Assembly (NCBI RefSeq): GCF_006345805.1
Contig: NC_042997.1
Location: 92,442,001-92,506,000 of the forward strand
From: Octopus sinensis
Taxonomy: Eukaryota
DNA: 64,000 nt
Reading direction: 5' to 3'
Part shown: positions 10,096-23,179 of the stretch, one piece after another
How the letters are laid out: each line of letters opens with the position of its first letter
How positions within the stretch are numbered: the first letter of the stretch is position 1
Position numbers and translations under genes: made by a program
The notes under the pieces: generated by a model
Seen by the model: only the letters and a program-made list of their open reading frames with translations
Databases searched by the model: none
Told to the model about the DNA's origin: nothing

Positions 10096-11059
10096 GTTGT
10101 ACAAAGAAAGTAAACTCTTCCTCGTTCACAATCCATGTTATTCAACTTGTATTGATATCTTTGCTGAAGCTGTGTGATTTAATCCTTTCTGAAGAAATGA
10201 AAACGAAGGCGGTCTCTCAATTTCGACGGACAAGAATAAATTTCTACAACGGATATAAATCATGGGATGCATAGCAATATTTAATCTCAATGTTTGTAGA
10301 CTTGATCAAGAATTCAAATGATCTTGTTAATTTCGCTCGTCGTAGTGTCGGACCAAATATCCTGTGGTATTTACATTCCCAGTTCACATATCATTAAAGT
10401 TGATAGACTTTTACCCACAACCCCATCGTCAAGAAACTAAGCATCTGATAAGTATTGGGATAGAAGTAATCGATTATTCTTACGTCTTTCCTATTAACTG
10501 TGAACTTGTGCCTTGGTTAGAAATTAAAATTAGTATAACAAGATGGCGGTTGGGGGGGGGGGCATATAACTGAGTTTGTATAACACGACAGAAATAGCTT
10601 ACGGTTTTGTGTTTTTGAGTTCCGCCTTCAAATTCCGCTGAGGTTAAATTTACTTTCCATTTCTTATCGGTTAAAATAGCATAGTAACACTGAAATCGAT
10701 TCAAATTCTTTCTTATAAATAATATTCTTATAGCTAGTCGAGTAAATCAATATTTGTGAATAAGCTAATTCAGCTCAGATCGTTCGTTAATATCAAAAGT
10801 TTCGGTAAAGTCACATCTCATTAATTTAAGTGACAATAGAAAATCATACCATCTCATTAATTTGAGTGACAACAGAACATATATTGATAATTTATGTCGA
10901 ATAGAGATAACATTGAAAGAGTTAGAAGTTCTTTAAAAAATTGAGTTTGTAATTGAATTGAAATGATCATGTAAATTTCTGTCAACAAATTAAAAATAAA
11001 AACAAAACAAAACTGAGCCAGACAGAAAACTGAGCCAACGAATTCTAAATAGTACTATA

Positions 11060-11431
11060 GGCGCAAGAGTGGCTGTGTGGTAAGTAGTTTGCTTACCAAC
11101 CACATGGTTCCGGGTTCAGTCCCACTGCGTGGTACCTTGGGTAGGTGTCTTCTACTTTAGCCTTGGGCCGATCAAAGCCTTGTGAGTGGATTTGTTAGAC
11201 GGAAACTGAAAGAAGTCCGTCGTATATATATGTATATGTGTGTTTGTCACCCCAACGTCGCTTGACAATCGATTCTGATGTGTTTACGTCCCTGTAACTT
11301 AGCGGTTCGGCAAAACAGACCGATGGAATAAGTATTAGGCTTACAAAGAATAAGTCCTGGGGTCGATTTGCTCGACTAAAAGCGGTGCTCCAGCATGGCC
11401 ACAGTCAAATGACTGAAACAAGTAAAAGAGT
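11060..11431 (+). mobile_element. Full-length tRNA-derived SINE ('ggcgcaggagtggctgtgtgg' family)
   Basis: A box TGGCTGTGTGG, B-like box GGGTTCAGTCCC, central (TA/TG)n, tail gactgaaacaagtaaaagag. Confidence 0.88.
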
Positions 11432-13984
11432 AATTCGATCATATATCTGAGACACATTCAGTTGCCAGTGATAGCGTCTATGTTGTAAGATTAATATATA
11501 TTGACAAATAAAAATATTCTTCCATAAATCTGAAAATAAAAATTAATTTCGAGTGTCACAGATTAAGAAGTATCACTTTGTGCCGTTGCTGGAAAAAGAA
11601 ATTTGCTCTAAATTTCTGTGAATATGTTTGTATCTAGTCGTAGATTGTCAACATAGAATAGTTAGTGTTTTCTTATGGTAGTGAAGTAGAATTTGATACT
11701 ATATTAACATTAGTTATATTCTCCCACCCACAAAACACTTAGCTATGTATTAAACTTGATTCTTCTCACAGATGTAGATTAATGCGTTCACCGCTAAATG
11801 TCGTGAATACCCTCTTGAAGAAGAATATTTTTGTTGATAGGCGGTAAAATACTTATATCAGATTTGCAATGAGTTAGATTACAATAATAAAAAAAGACGT
11901 TGCTATTTTCTACTTATGCTATGGTGGTCTGTAGTGTACTGTAAAAATGTACTTCCTTTGTTTGGTAAAGTACAATGTATCATAAAAAATTTAAATACCA
12001 CACATTAAGAATTACGGTACACGTGTTACAATTCACATTAGTGGGTTGTTTTGAACCAACGCCTCTTTAATTTTACAAAGATTCTGTTTCATATTTCCTA
12101 CTTATTGAGGAAAGCCGCAGTTGACAATTCATATCATATCACCAGCACCGCACTGTGTTTATAGGCAAGACAACTGATCGCACACCAGTCTATTTCATTG
12201 GAATGTAAATAAGCTCCGTAGTGTTGAATAATACGCTGTAATAAACTGACACAATACGATAAAATTAAAAATAGTTTAATTTGCTGAAAGATACGCCTGC
12301 TGTATGTATACCTAGGAACAGGACGACCCCTACCAAATTGACTAAGCCCGGTGATTCTCAAAATGGACATAAACGACCCCACCAAAATAGGAGTAGATTC
12401 TTTTTACTTCTCTTCACTCCTTTATTAATGTGAAAGCAAAATAGTTTGCTCTTATTTTATGTCCATTGTCTTGAAATCTTTCGTCACACACCTGTGACCT
12501 TTTCAGCGACTCTCCATCCCACGTCTCTCCTCCTGAAGAGGTCACAGGTATGTGACAAAATATTTTGCATCCAGATAATTATATTTTTGCCAAGTTTAAA
12601 AAGTTTAAAACCATCTCTTCTTATTAAACATGGCAATTCGTTCGATCCACCTTCATTCCAAACCTTATTGTCTCACCCTATAAAAATTACTGACTTAGAT
12701 TAGCTATTCTAAAGAAAGATCATAACCAACACCCCTAAGGCTATCACTCTTAACCAAAGGTTAAGCTCTCTTTTGAGTTCTGATTCGATTTCCCTTTGCC
12801 TTCGTTGCTAGTTTCCTAATTTCTCTTCCATTATAAATATGGATAATTAGCTAAGAAAAAAAAACTGCTTTTGAATACTTCTCACACAAAATGGCATTCT
12901 TTTCAGTAAATATAAATAATGTTTTAACAAGTAAAAATAACCTGGAATTGAATAGATTCCCCATTTAAATACAATATAGGAAGAGAGAGTGGAACAGTTT
13001 GACTTTAAATCTAAATGTCAGAATTTAGGAATTGTACAGCAAACAATGTGAGTAGAATAGAATCAATATGATCGAAGTGTTTACCGGCAACTCTCCTTTT
13101 TTTCAGCGTTGGTCCCTCATATCACATAACTGCTGGGAGCTCCAGCGCTTTTGCTAATATTCTAAGGTCTTTATGTTACCAAGGGAAAGTAACATCCTTC
13201 TACAAAAATTACTGTAGCTCATTCATGGACAACATAGCCCGAAGTAATAGTTTATTCGTTAACTTTTTAGTGATCTTGAATTAGAAACGTGCTGTTGGGT
13301 ATTAGTATTATTTAGGGTTTCGCCAGGTGTGAACTTGATTTTTTCCTTATACTCGGTCCTAGCTAGTGCTTCATTGTAATAAGGTGCATGTATGTTGAAT
13401 ATTGTCTCGTTGGCTGACAGGCGTGATATATACAACGGGCTTCTTTCACTTTCTGCCTTCCAAATCTACTCACAAGGCTTTGGTCAGCCCGAGGCTATAC
13501 TAGAAGACACTCGACCAAGGTGTAATGCAGTAGGAGTGAACTCGGACCCTTCTTATTATACAACCACGCTTGGACTGTATATTTTCACCGCTCATAACCT
13601 TCATTGATTTCTGATATGAAAGTTTTCATTTTCGATTAACCTGAAACAATTTCCATTTCCATTAAAGTGTTACTGCTTTAAAGAACGATATAGCTGTCAT
13701 AACTTTCAAAAAGAAGGTTCAACCATCGAATAGGGCTCGAATTAATTCGCAACTCAGTTTTGAAAAAGCACCACAAAAAGTTTCTTTCTTTTTAATAAAT
13801 TCACGACGAATTCTTTTGTCTGAAATCAATATACAGAGTCGCAATTCTTAATCTAGGGAAAATTGCCCTCATATCCGGGTAAGATTTCAAGACTGCAGAG
13901 AGAAATATGGGAATTCCAGAGGGGAAATTATCTTCAGGTCGAAAAAATCTTTATCATTATTCGCACTATTATTTTCTTGAATTA

Positions 13985-14370
13985 AATGAGTTCAAATTCC
14001 GCCGAAGTCGACTTTGCCTTTAATCCTTCGGAATCGATGGAATAAGTACCAGTTGACCTCTGGATTCGATGTAATCGTCAAGTCACTTCCCTACAAAATT
14101 TCAGGTTTTGTGCCTATAGTAGAAAGGATTATTTCTTTAGATTGCGGTTTCGTGCTGGGGGAATTGTAAGCACACCGGACAAAACACTTCGTGGCATTTC
14201 ATCAGTCTTTGTATTTTCAATTCAAACTTTGTCGAGGCCGACCTATGCGTTTTGTCCTTTTGGGGTTGATAAATTAAGTACCAATCAAGCACTGGGGTCG
14301 ATGTAATCGACTAAATCCCGCCCTACTGAAATTTCAGGCTTTGTGCCTTCAAAAGAAAGAACTATTTTCC
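13985..14370 (+). mobile_element. Two adjacent diverged tail-B SINE copies
   Basis: gagttcaaattccgccgaagtcgac..aagtaccag..gtgcctatagtagaaagg (about 13985-14130) and a second copy (about 14150-14370). Confidence 0.7.
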
Positions 14371-16434
14371 TATATTTATTTTTCTCAATGCTGAATTTGG
14401 TGAAAAATTGGCGGAGTCATCAGTCGTTGGATACAATACCTTGCGATATGTGTTCCGACTCTCGGTGTTCCGAGTTAAAATGCCGCTGGGTCAACCGTAC
14501 CTTTAAATACTTTGAAAATTGATAAAAAAAAGGGTAGTAATCCAAGGTGGTGGATTGACAAAACTGTTAGAGAATCTGGCCAGGTGTCTTGCGATATTTG
14601 TTCCACTCTTGTGGTTGTGATAGCAACGCCTTCAACGATACTGGTGCAAGCTGTATTAGTGTAAGTTGTCTATCTTTTCTTTGGAGAAACATCGGTTGCA
14701 TGGAAGAGGGGAGACTTCTATACTGGAGATAGCTACTAATCTTCCTTTAAGAAAATGTTGCTCATATCTGCACACATATGTGCAAATATATGATCAACTT
14801 GATCAACAGATGCTTTAAAATATTGATTTTTAAGGGTGTTAACGTTAAATTAATACAGTGTCAATCTTCCTATTTTATTAGGCAAAAAATGGGCTGTATA
14901 CCAAACTACATTTTTCTCATCATATATGGGAGGGAAATCTTGATAGCGAACTGGTAAACAGAGGAAGTACTGAAAAAGTTTAAGACATTCTGGTAAGGAT
15001 GGAATCTCTATGTGGCCGCTCGAACTATTAGAAATACTAGCCAAATCGTCTTCAAATTGCATTCTGACTTCTTTAAAAAAATGTAGTCTACTTTTGGTGA
15101 AAAAATAAACATTACGACCTTTGATCTTAGCGCTGACTTGGGGTTAAACAACAAACAATCAATATTCTTACAAATTTAAATTTAAATTAGAATAATCTTA
15201 AAAAGTTGAATCTGTTGAAATTCAGATTTGATTGTTTTGGGAGGTAGTTTATTATTATTAGCACTGTTACCACACAAATGAGTAGTCACTGAATTAGCTT
15301 ATTTTGCATTTAGGTTATAAGGTTATTAATTTCCTTCAGGTTTTTTCTGTTTAATTTAATCTTTAATTAGATCTCATATGGTAAAAATATATATTCCTGC
15401 TAGAATATGAAAAATACGTTACGAGTGAGAGGCGTCAATCTTCCTAACCAAATATTTTGGATAATTAGACTGAAAAATAATTAGGCAAGGTTAGCAAGTG
15501 ATCAAAGAGACCCATGGCAAATTTTGAATCTTCCGTGTGTAATTTTCCAGGTGAAAAGGCATTTTCCTTATGCTCTTATAAGTAACTTTGTGTTAAGCTT
15601 ACAATAGTTCATCCTAAAGCTATCAGTCTGATAGTTGTTAGTAGTAGAGATGAGTAATTCATCATGGAGGTTTTGATGTCTAGGAGAAAGAAAGAAAAAA
15701 GCAGGAGGTTCTTAAATAATTTCAGCTGTTCATAAACTGCGAAAAAAATATTTTAAATAAAAACAGGTAAAATGAAAACAGGCCGTATTTTTTTTTTAAC
15801 GTTGACGACATAAGTTACATTGGATCATCTTCAAAGAACATCCAAGCTTTATTTGATTGTCTGCAGCAATTGTAACAAGCACATTTCTCCAAAAGAACGT
15901 CTTCAGTTACGCTCCGCTGGCTATAATATTTCAGTAACATTGAAAAACAAAAGCAAACAAACAGAAAAGGTCATGGATATCGTGAGTACGCACTTTGGGT
16001 ACTTGTCTACAGGAATTCTTCTGTAGAAATTACAACAGCACCAGATCTTTATTACTTACACAGAGCTCGAAGAGACAATAAAATGCAATGCACATTGAAC
16101 GCTGGACTTGCAAACAAGCGTGGGATGGAACAAAGAAGTTATATAAAGGCGAGAGCAACGGCGAACGACATAATAGAATTAAAGTGAGTAGAAGCTTTAA
16201 AAATTACAAAAGCATTCGAGTAATTACACAGTGTAAACAAAATAAAATTTTAAAAACATATAGGATTCTCACCCGCACACAGATGAGAAACCACTGGTCA
16301 GGTCGAGTTGGAGCAACGGATGTCTCTATCCACCCGTTCTTATTTATACTACAACGCAAAGGTAACCATTAGCATTTTCTGAGTCTTCAAGGTATGTCTG
16401 TTTCAGTTAATTATAAGTATCTTCTTTTGTTTTT

Positions 16435-16820
16435 CGGAGGCACAATGGCCCAGTGGTTAGGGCAGCGGACTCGCGGTCGTAGGATCGCGGTTTCGATTCC
16501 CAGACCAGGCATTGTGAGTGTTTATTGAGCGAAAACACCTAAAGCTTCACAAGGTTCCTGCAGGGGGTGGTGGTGAACCCTGCTGTACTCTTTCATCACA
16601 ACTTTCTCTCGCTCTTTCTTCCTGTTTCTGTTGTACCTGTATTTCAAAGGGCCAGCCTTGTCACACTCTGTGTCACGCTGAATCTCCTCGAGAACTACGT
16701 TAAGGGTACACGTGTCTGTGGAATGCTCAGCCACTTGCACGTTAATTCCACGAGCAAGCTGTTCCGTTGATCGTATCAGCTGGGACCCTCATCGTCGTAA
16801 CCAACGGAGTGCTCCTACTA
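16435..16820 (+). mobile_element. Full-length tRNA-derived SINE ('ggaggcacaatggcccagtgg' family)
   Basis: A box TGGCCCAGTGG, B box GTTTCGATTCC; 11-bp TSD cttttgttttt at 16424-16434 and 16821-16831. Confidence 0.85.
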
Positions 16821-16949
16821 CTTTTGTTTTTACAACAAACTGTCCTTTGAGTATCTCTTATACTCCAACACCAATTGCATCCCGGTATTCAGTACATCGT
16901 CATTATATTCGTTGCAACGCAAATGTAATAGTTTCTATTAGATCTTCAA

Positions 16950-18050
16950 AGGCTGGGGAAATGCAATTTGTTATTCTGAGGAGAGGCTTATTTTCATTCC
17001 GAGGAAAGAGTTCTAACCAATTTGTGCTTTCTGTTGGTATCACTCTTTTTTTTTGTAATTTCTTTCACTTGTTGTTTTTTGCATTCTCCCTAAATATTTG
17101 GCAACCTTCCCTTGCAATCACCATATTTCCCTCATCATGGAAAATGGTTTGGTATGACTGGTTGCTATTGTCAAGAAAATGGTACCTGCTTACTCATTCC
17201 AAGCCTTTCTAAGTGACCTTTTTCACCATTTCTGGAGCAGTGAGTTATGGTCCTATGGAAATTGGGGCCTGGTGATCGTATTCTTGCCTTGGTTGCTATC
17301 AGCCGCTTTTTATCTTTTTTCTGCTTTTCTAGTTTTCCAGTTCTTCAGTATAAACCCTCAATAGAGTTTTTCGTCCCTACCATTAGCTCCATGCATTTTC
17401 TCTTGGTATCTTCAACTTGGCATAGCTCCGGTATGGCCTTGTAGATTTCGGGGGTCATTAGGGCTTGCAAATCTCTTCTCATTCCTCCCGACCTCGTGTC
17501 ACCTTTTGTAACTCCTGCTCTAGCCATTCCCCATACAACGGCACAAAAGTGACAACCAGCTATTGGTTCACATCTTTTCTAATGTTCCTGTTCGTGATCC
17601 TTATCCAAACACTGGAGAACAACAGTATAGTGTGGAGATATGCTTGATTATTTCATCCTGTACTTTGACTGAGTTCTCGATCCGAAGATGCATCCTGTAT
17701 GCCTTACCCCACTCAATCGGGAGAACACCTTCAGATATTTCGTGAAGTATTTCCTTCCACTGCTGTTTTGACATCAGATGGAAATCAATACTATTGGTCT
17801 TCTCAGTCATTCTCTTCTTTCTTCACTTGGATTAGATCCTGGAGCAAACAGAAATTTTTGTTTGTTTCTTGTTTGTCAAATGTGTTATTTTGCTCAATTT
17901 CCGATTTCTTTTTGGGGCGTGGCTCGGAATGTTCGTAGCCATGTTTTTGTATGTGGGCTACATGAAGAAAAAACCAACTTTGTCCACAAACTAAAATCAC
18001 AAGCCATATTTCTCATTTTGCCGACTCTGTCGGAGTTAGCTCTAAGCTTT
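16950..18050 (-). pseudogene. Decayed gag-like ORF1 of a non-LTR retrotransposon, distantly similar to the Tx1 ORF1
   Basis: Frameshifted pieces such as LMTPEIYKAIPELCQVED resemble ADPKIIQTIPETIEVGE of ORF1; degenerate knuckle HCSRNGEKGHLER near 17214-17240. Confidence 0.45.
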
Positions 18051-18173
18051 CGGGTACTATCTATATGGGAATAGTCTTAGTAAAAACTCTTTTTCGCTTA
18101 GTAAAATCCTTTGCATCGGAGAGCGGTTTGAAAAAAATCATGTCTGACTTGGTCAGCGCTGAAATTATAATAA

Positions 18174-18385
18174 TTTCAGATTTTAACACAAGGCCAGCAA
18201 TTTCGGGGGAGGGAGTAAATCGATTACATCGACCATTGTGCTCAAGTGGCACTTATTTTATCGACTTTAAAAGAATGAAAGGCAATGTGGATCTCGGGGG
18301 AATTTTGAACTCAGAACCTAAAGACGGACGAAATGCCGCTAAACAATTTTCTTGGCGTGCGAACGATTCTGCCAGATCGCCTCCT
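18174..18385 (-). mobile_element. tRNA-derived SINE, tail B
   Basis: Reverse complement of the family head, B box and tail. Confidence 0.8.
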
Positions 18386-18387
18386 TT

Positions 18388-18423
18388 CTAATAATGATAA
18401 TAATAATAATAATAATGATGATG

Positions 18424-18457
<34 letters not shown>

Positions 18458-18468
18458 TAATGATGATG

Positions 18469-18502
<34 letters not shown>

Positions 18503-18537
18503 TAATAATGATAATAATGATAATGATGATAATAATG

Positions 18538-18571
<34 letters not shown>
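18388..18571. repeat. (AAT)n/(GAT)n compound microsatellite
   Basis: Directly visible. Confidence 0.95.
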
Positions 18572-18572
<1 letters not shown>

Positions 18573-18613
18573 CTTTTCTACTATAGGTACAAGGCCTGAA
18601 ATTTGGGGAGAGG

Positions 18614-18928
18614 TGTTGAAAGGAATTCTTAGGGGTTTGAATAATTCACTTCTGGAAACATGGGTGGTTCTTTCAATATCCTTAAACAACCCTTATTCAG
18701 GGACCTTTTGAGCGGGATGGGCTACTCAACCTGAAGAAAATTCTAACTGGGCCCCACCTGCAAGGTCATGTGCTGTTTATCTTGATATGAGATCACCATG
18801 TCGCGCACATATGGTTGTGATGCATGTGCCTGGTGTACCCTTATCAGATGGGTAGTCATGATGGGTATATTGGGCTTCGTATATTTTACCCCAGTGTCAC
18901 TTTGATGGCATGAACTGCTCTCTCACTC
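18614..18928 (+). mobile_element. 5'-truncated copy of the ~550-bp (AAT)n-flanked element
   Basis: Matches the 3' part of 19243-19797; followed by (AAT)n. Confidence 0.8.
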
Positions 18929-18935
18929 AATAATA

Positions 18936-19000
<65 letters not shown>

Positions 19001-19206
19001 CTTTTCTACTATAGGTACAAGGCCTGAAATTTGGGGAGAGGCGGTCAGTCGATTAGCTCAACCCTAGTAAGCAACTGGTACTTAATTCATCGACCCCGAA
19101 AGGATGAAAGGCACAGTCAACCTCGGCAGAATTTGAACTTAGAACGTAACGACGGGCGAAATACCGCTAAACATTTCGTCCAGCGTGCTAACGACTCTGC
19201 CAGCTC

Positions 19207-19207
<1 letters not shown>
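19001..19207 (-). mobile_element. tRNA-derived SINE, tail B, with (AAT)n on both sides
   Basis: Reverse complement of the family sequence. Confidence 0.8.
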
Positions 19208-19242
<35 letters not shown>

Positions 19243-19243
<1 letters not shown>

Positions 19244-19797
19244 TGCCCTGATGCAGTACCAGGCAGTGGCCCTCGTGGCTTCTGATCTTAACTGATTGGA
19301 AGTGTCATCATGTACATTATTTTGTCTTGGTATAAAAGACTGGCTACAGCAAATATTCTGCTCAATACCACAGATTTGCTTGTCATTTGTTTGACCTTAA
19401 CTAGTTGAGCATGCCCCTTAGTGGCTGACGATATCTGCATCTCTGATCACGAGCAGAAGTAGTTGGGGAGCATCATAGCCATGTGTTGAGAGGGATTCTT
19501 TGGGGTTTGACTAATTCACCTCTGGAAACATGGGTGTTTCGTTCAACACCCTTAAACAACCCTTATTCAGAGACCTTTTGAGCAGATGGGTTACTCGACC
19601 AGAAGAAAATTCTAACTGGGCCCCACTTGCAAGGTCATGTGCTGTTTATCTTGATATGAGATCACCATGTCGTGCACATACGGTTGTGATGCATGTGCCT
19701 AGTGTACCCTTATCAGACGGGTAGTCATGATGGGTATACTGGGCTCCATATATTTTACCCCAGTGTCACTTTGATGGCATGCACTGCTCTTTCACCC
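19243..19797 (+). mobile_element. Non-coding ~550-bp interspersed element bounded by (AAT)n (atgccctgatgcag...ctctttcaccc)
   Basis: Four copies in the window; two begin at the identical atgccctgat after (AAT)n. Confidence 0.75.
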
Positions 19798-22700
19798 AAT
19801 AATAATAATAATAATAATAATAACAACAACAACAATAACAACAATAATAGTGGTTTCAAATTTTGGCACAAGGCCAGAAATTCGGGGGAAGGGTAAGTCG
19901 ATTACATCGACCTCTGGCTTCAACTGGTACTTACTTTATTGACTCCGAAAGGATAAAAGACAAAGTCGATCTCAGTGGCATGTACAATGATCATAGTAAA
20001 CATTGGATAGAAATTTAACATATGACACGCAAGATATGAAATTAAAAGCAGAAAACACAAATTGTGTAAGTCACACTCACACACCAGAGTAACCAAGCTA
20101 AGTGGGACCAGAACATCTCACCTCAAACTCCGGTCCCCTCCAATCCCTGAAACTGGTACACTCGAAGGTGTCCGTGAGCATCTTTGGGCAAGAAATATTC
20201 AACGCTCACTAGATAAGTGCATTTTAGCCGATCATAAACTCATATAGCTTTTAACAGACTACGATTTGAATGTTTGACACAATCGAGTTTTTTTCACTCT
20301 CAATAAATAGCTTATAACTACTTTTCTCTTCTTTCATATCGTTTGGTAGCTTTATCAGTTCTTCGTTTCTTGTACGAAGAACTGAACTTTTTCCCAGTCT
20401 TGTGCACATGATAACCTCTTACATTTTCGTTCGCCTTTTCTAAGGGTATGTTGACATTTTAGTGGTGGTGCGCCTGTTTTCGTTTCTTGCATTTCGCATT
20501 GTTTTCAGAAGCCTTCCACACATCGTTTTTATATCTTCCTCGTCGTCGCAAAACTATGGAATGGGTCTGCTGTTTTAAACAATGGGAGGGAGTCTTTCAA
20601 CTTAGTGCTGAATTTTTGAAACCAGCTACGAAGCAAGCAATCACTTCTGACATTTTGGAGTCTGTGACTAGTGATACCCAATAGTACACTTTTGATATTT
20701 CATAGACCGGATGCCATATGATGAGTAAACCGTATCGTCAAAAGTGAATGTGAATGATACAGAAATTCTTGTCTTGTTGACGGTTACTACATATATGTCT
20801 ATGATCTGAGGTTGTTGAGCAAGTGACCTTGCCTCTAAGGCGATCCTGGTGCATGTACATTTGTTTTCCACTCTATGTTGAAAAGTGAAAGTCACTCAAA
20901 TTAGTACTGGTTACGTTTGTTTGTATTTGTCAAACTTGGGTAGTTTTGGATAGAAGTTTATCATAACCTTCACCTTCCGTAAAAATGTTTTTGATGTTGA
21001 TAACCCTCTTCATCAAAACACGGTTTTTTTCCCGAACAATATTGAAATTGATGATAGAAAGGAGGGGCTTGTGCGTTTGGTTCTGTTTAGTTGTTGCTAT
21101 AATATAATAATATAATATAATGATATCTATAATATAATATAATAATATCTGTCAGCTTCCATCTAGCTTGCGAATTTGTTTTCTGTAAGTTTCAGTTTTA
21201 AGAACAACGTACTCAACTTACATTAATAAATCGCTCTTGTTGCTGTCTTTGCTTATGTTTTTTGTTGCTTTGGTTATTGCTGCTCTTGCTGTTGCTGGAA
21301 ATAAGTAACTGGTAGGTTCTTGGATCTCTTACCTCTCTTTTAGAGGACTTTTCCTTCTTGGTGCTTACAACTTTTCATCCTTTGGAGTCTGTATCGTTGC
21401 TTGACGAGAAGTTGGAGGTTAACATGTGTTCATACATGTTTATATTTATATTGCCCTGATTGAGTAGAGATATATGATCATAGTAATTCCATCCGTGACC
21501 ACTTTGTATTTTAAGGAGTATCTGGATTAGATTATTCAGCTATATAGAGATACCCCCATTAGTGCATGTGATTGCTGCCGATGTTCCAATCATTAGTTAC
21601 GATCTTACTGTTGCTGCTACTTATGCGGTTGAGTTGGTACCTTTCCTGCCTTTTTGGTGTCAGAAGACTCAGAAGATTAGTGTTGCCGTAGTTATAGTAC
21701 AAGAGCATTCTATTTTATTCGACATTGTACAATGTAGTTGGGTGCATCTGTTGATAGATGCTTTCTATTGTTTGTGAAGTCTGAAATTTCAATGCAGTTT
21801 CTTAAGACGACCTGAAATTGATCACGTCTACATATTCACCCGCTTATCCAGCGTTGGCAGCACCTTATTGAAAGTAATTTTGGATCCTACGTAAAAAGGT
21901 ACGAAGTCAAATTACTTTCCGACATATTGATCAGCAGAGTGTTTCTGGACTTCGTATTTGTAAAACAATGCCTCTATAATAAATTCGTACAGTATCTCTA
22001 TTGTGACACCCCCCCCAAAGCAATATTCGCCCCGTTTAAGTATTTTTTCAGCGTTCCCGGTCTTCTTATCTATTTTAGATTTTCGGCCAACTCACATATA
22101 TTTTGAAATTTTGTTTTATTTCATTCCCTGGCGGAAAGATATCGTTATTTTTGTGCACTCGTTTCATATTTTCTTCCTTGGACACCAGAGAAATATGGAC
22201 GCAAGATCTACTTGTTCTGAGAAATAAGCCTCCCGCTTATGATCATTTTTGTTATTTTTTTTGTTTCTTAATCCCGAGCTGACTCTAGCTGAGCTTGACA
22301 AAAGGCATTCCAGCTATAACTATCAAATGTGTCCTCTTATATTTGTAAAATGGTATTCTGTGATTTAAGGTTATTCTGCAATTGTTGGCGGCGGGGTTCT
22401 TTGTGCTAGTGGTTATAGTAAATCAACTGTCGCTGCTAACAACTGTGATAGAGGAGGTGTTGATTGTGCTAATTCTGCTGTTGTTGTTGAGTAGTCTGAG
22501 CTCGGTTATGATCAAAGTGTTCCAGCCATAGCCATCTTATTTTATTTTCAAACTACATTATCCAATCTCTTCTTTTTTTTAAAGATATTAAGATGTTAGT
22601 TTGAGGAGAATTTTGTCTTTATTTCTAGCTTTGACTCGGTGATGTTTAAACCCGGGTCAGTTCTGATCGAGTTGTCCTAGGATGAAAGGGGTACCAGCAA

Positions 22701-23179
22701 TAACCATCAATATCTTCTCAAACAGCGTATCTTGGACTACATTAGCCAATGTATACTTCCATTTTTAATACGATGATTTGAGAGATATATTGCTGTTAAT
22801 TTAGCAAGTTGAGTGACTACGTAATGTCTTCTTCGCCGGCTTGTTGTATTGTTGTTGTTGCTTGTTGATGGTATCATTGATTTTAAGAATACTGCTTCTA
22901 ATATTATTGCCATCTGTCACGTTCTAGGCGTTGGTGGTGACGGTCCCCGAGTTAATCATCTGCCCCTGTCTTTATTTCCTACGATATCTTTTTTCAGCGT
23001 TTTTCTTTTGCAAATTTAAAAGAATTTTTTTTTTTACTGAAATAGAATTATGATCTCTTTCTGCTCCGCTAAAGGGGCGAGGAAAGGAACCCACCATCTC
23101 TTTCGGGTAGGGGTCAGTTTCCCGCCCCTCCAAAATAAAAAAAAAGAGAAAGCGACGGACAACATTCAAACTGAAAGTA

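Noticed and set aside
11060-16500. tRNA genes at A/B-box sequences (also 35291, 55949, 63691)
   Set aside because: No complete cloverleaf or acceptor stem seen; each runs into a multicopy SINE or element body
20280-21400. Decayed I/Jockey-type ORF1 on the minus strand
   Set aside because: Only faint knuckle-like spacing with many stops; not supportable by eye
22915-23170. Solo LTR starting tgtcacg
   Set aside because: No second copy, clear CA end, TSD, PBS or PPT identified
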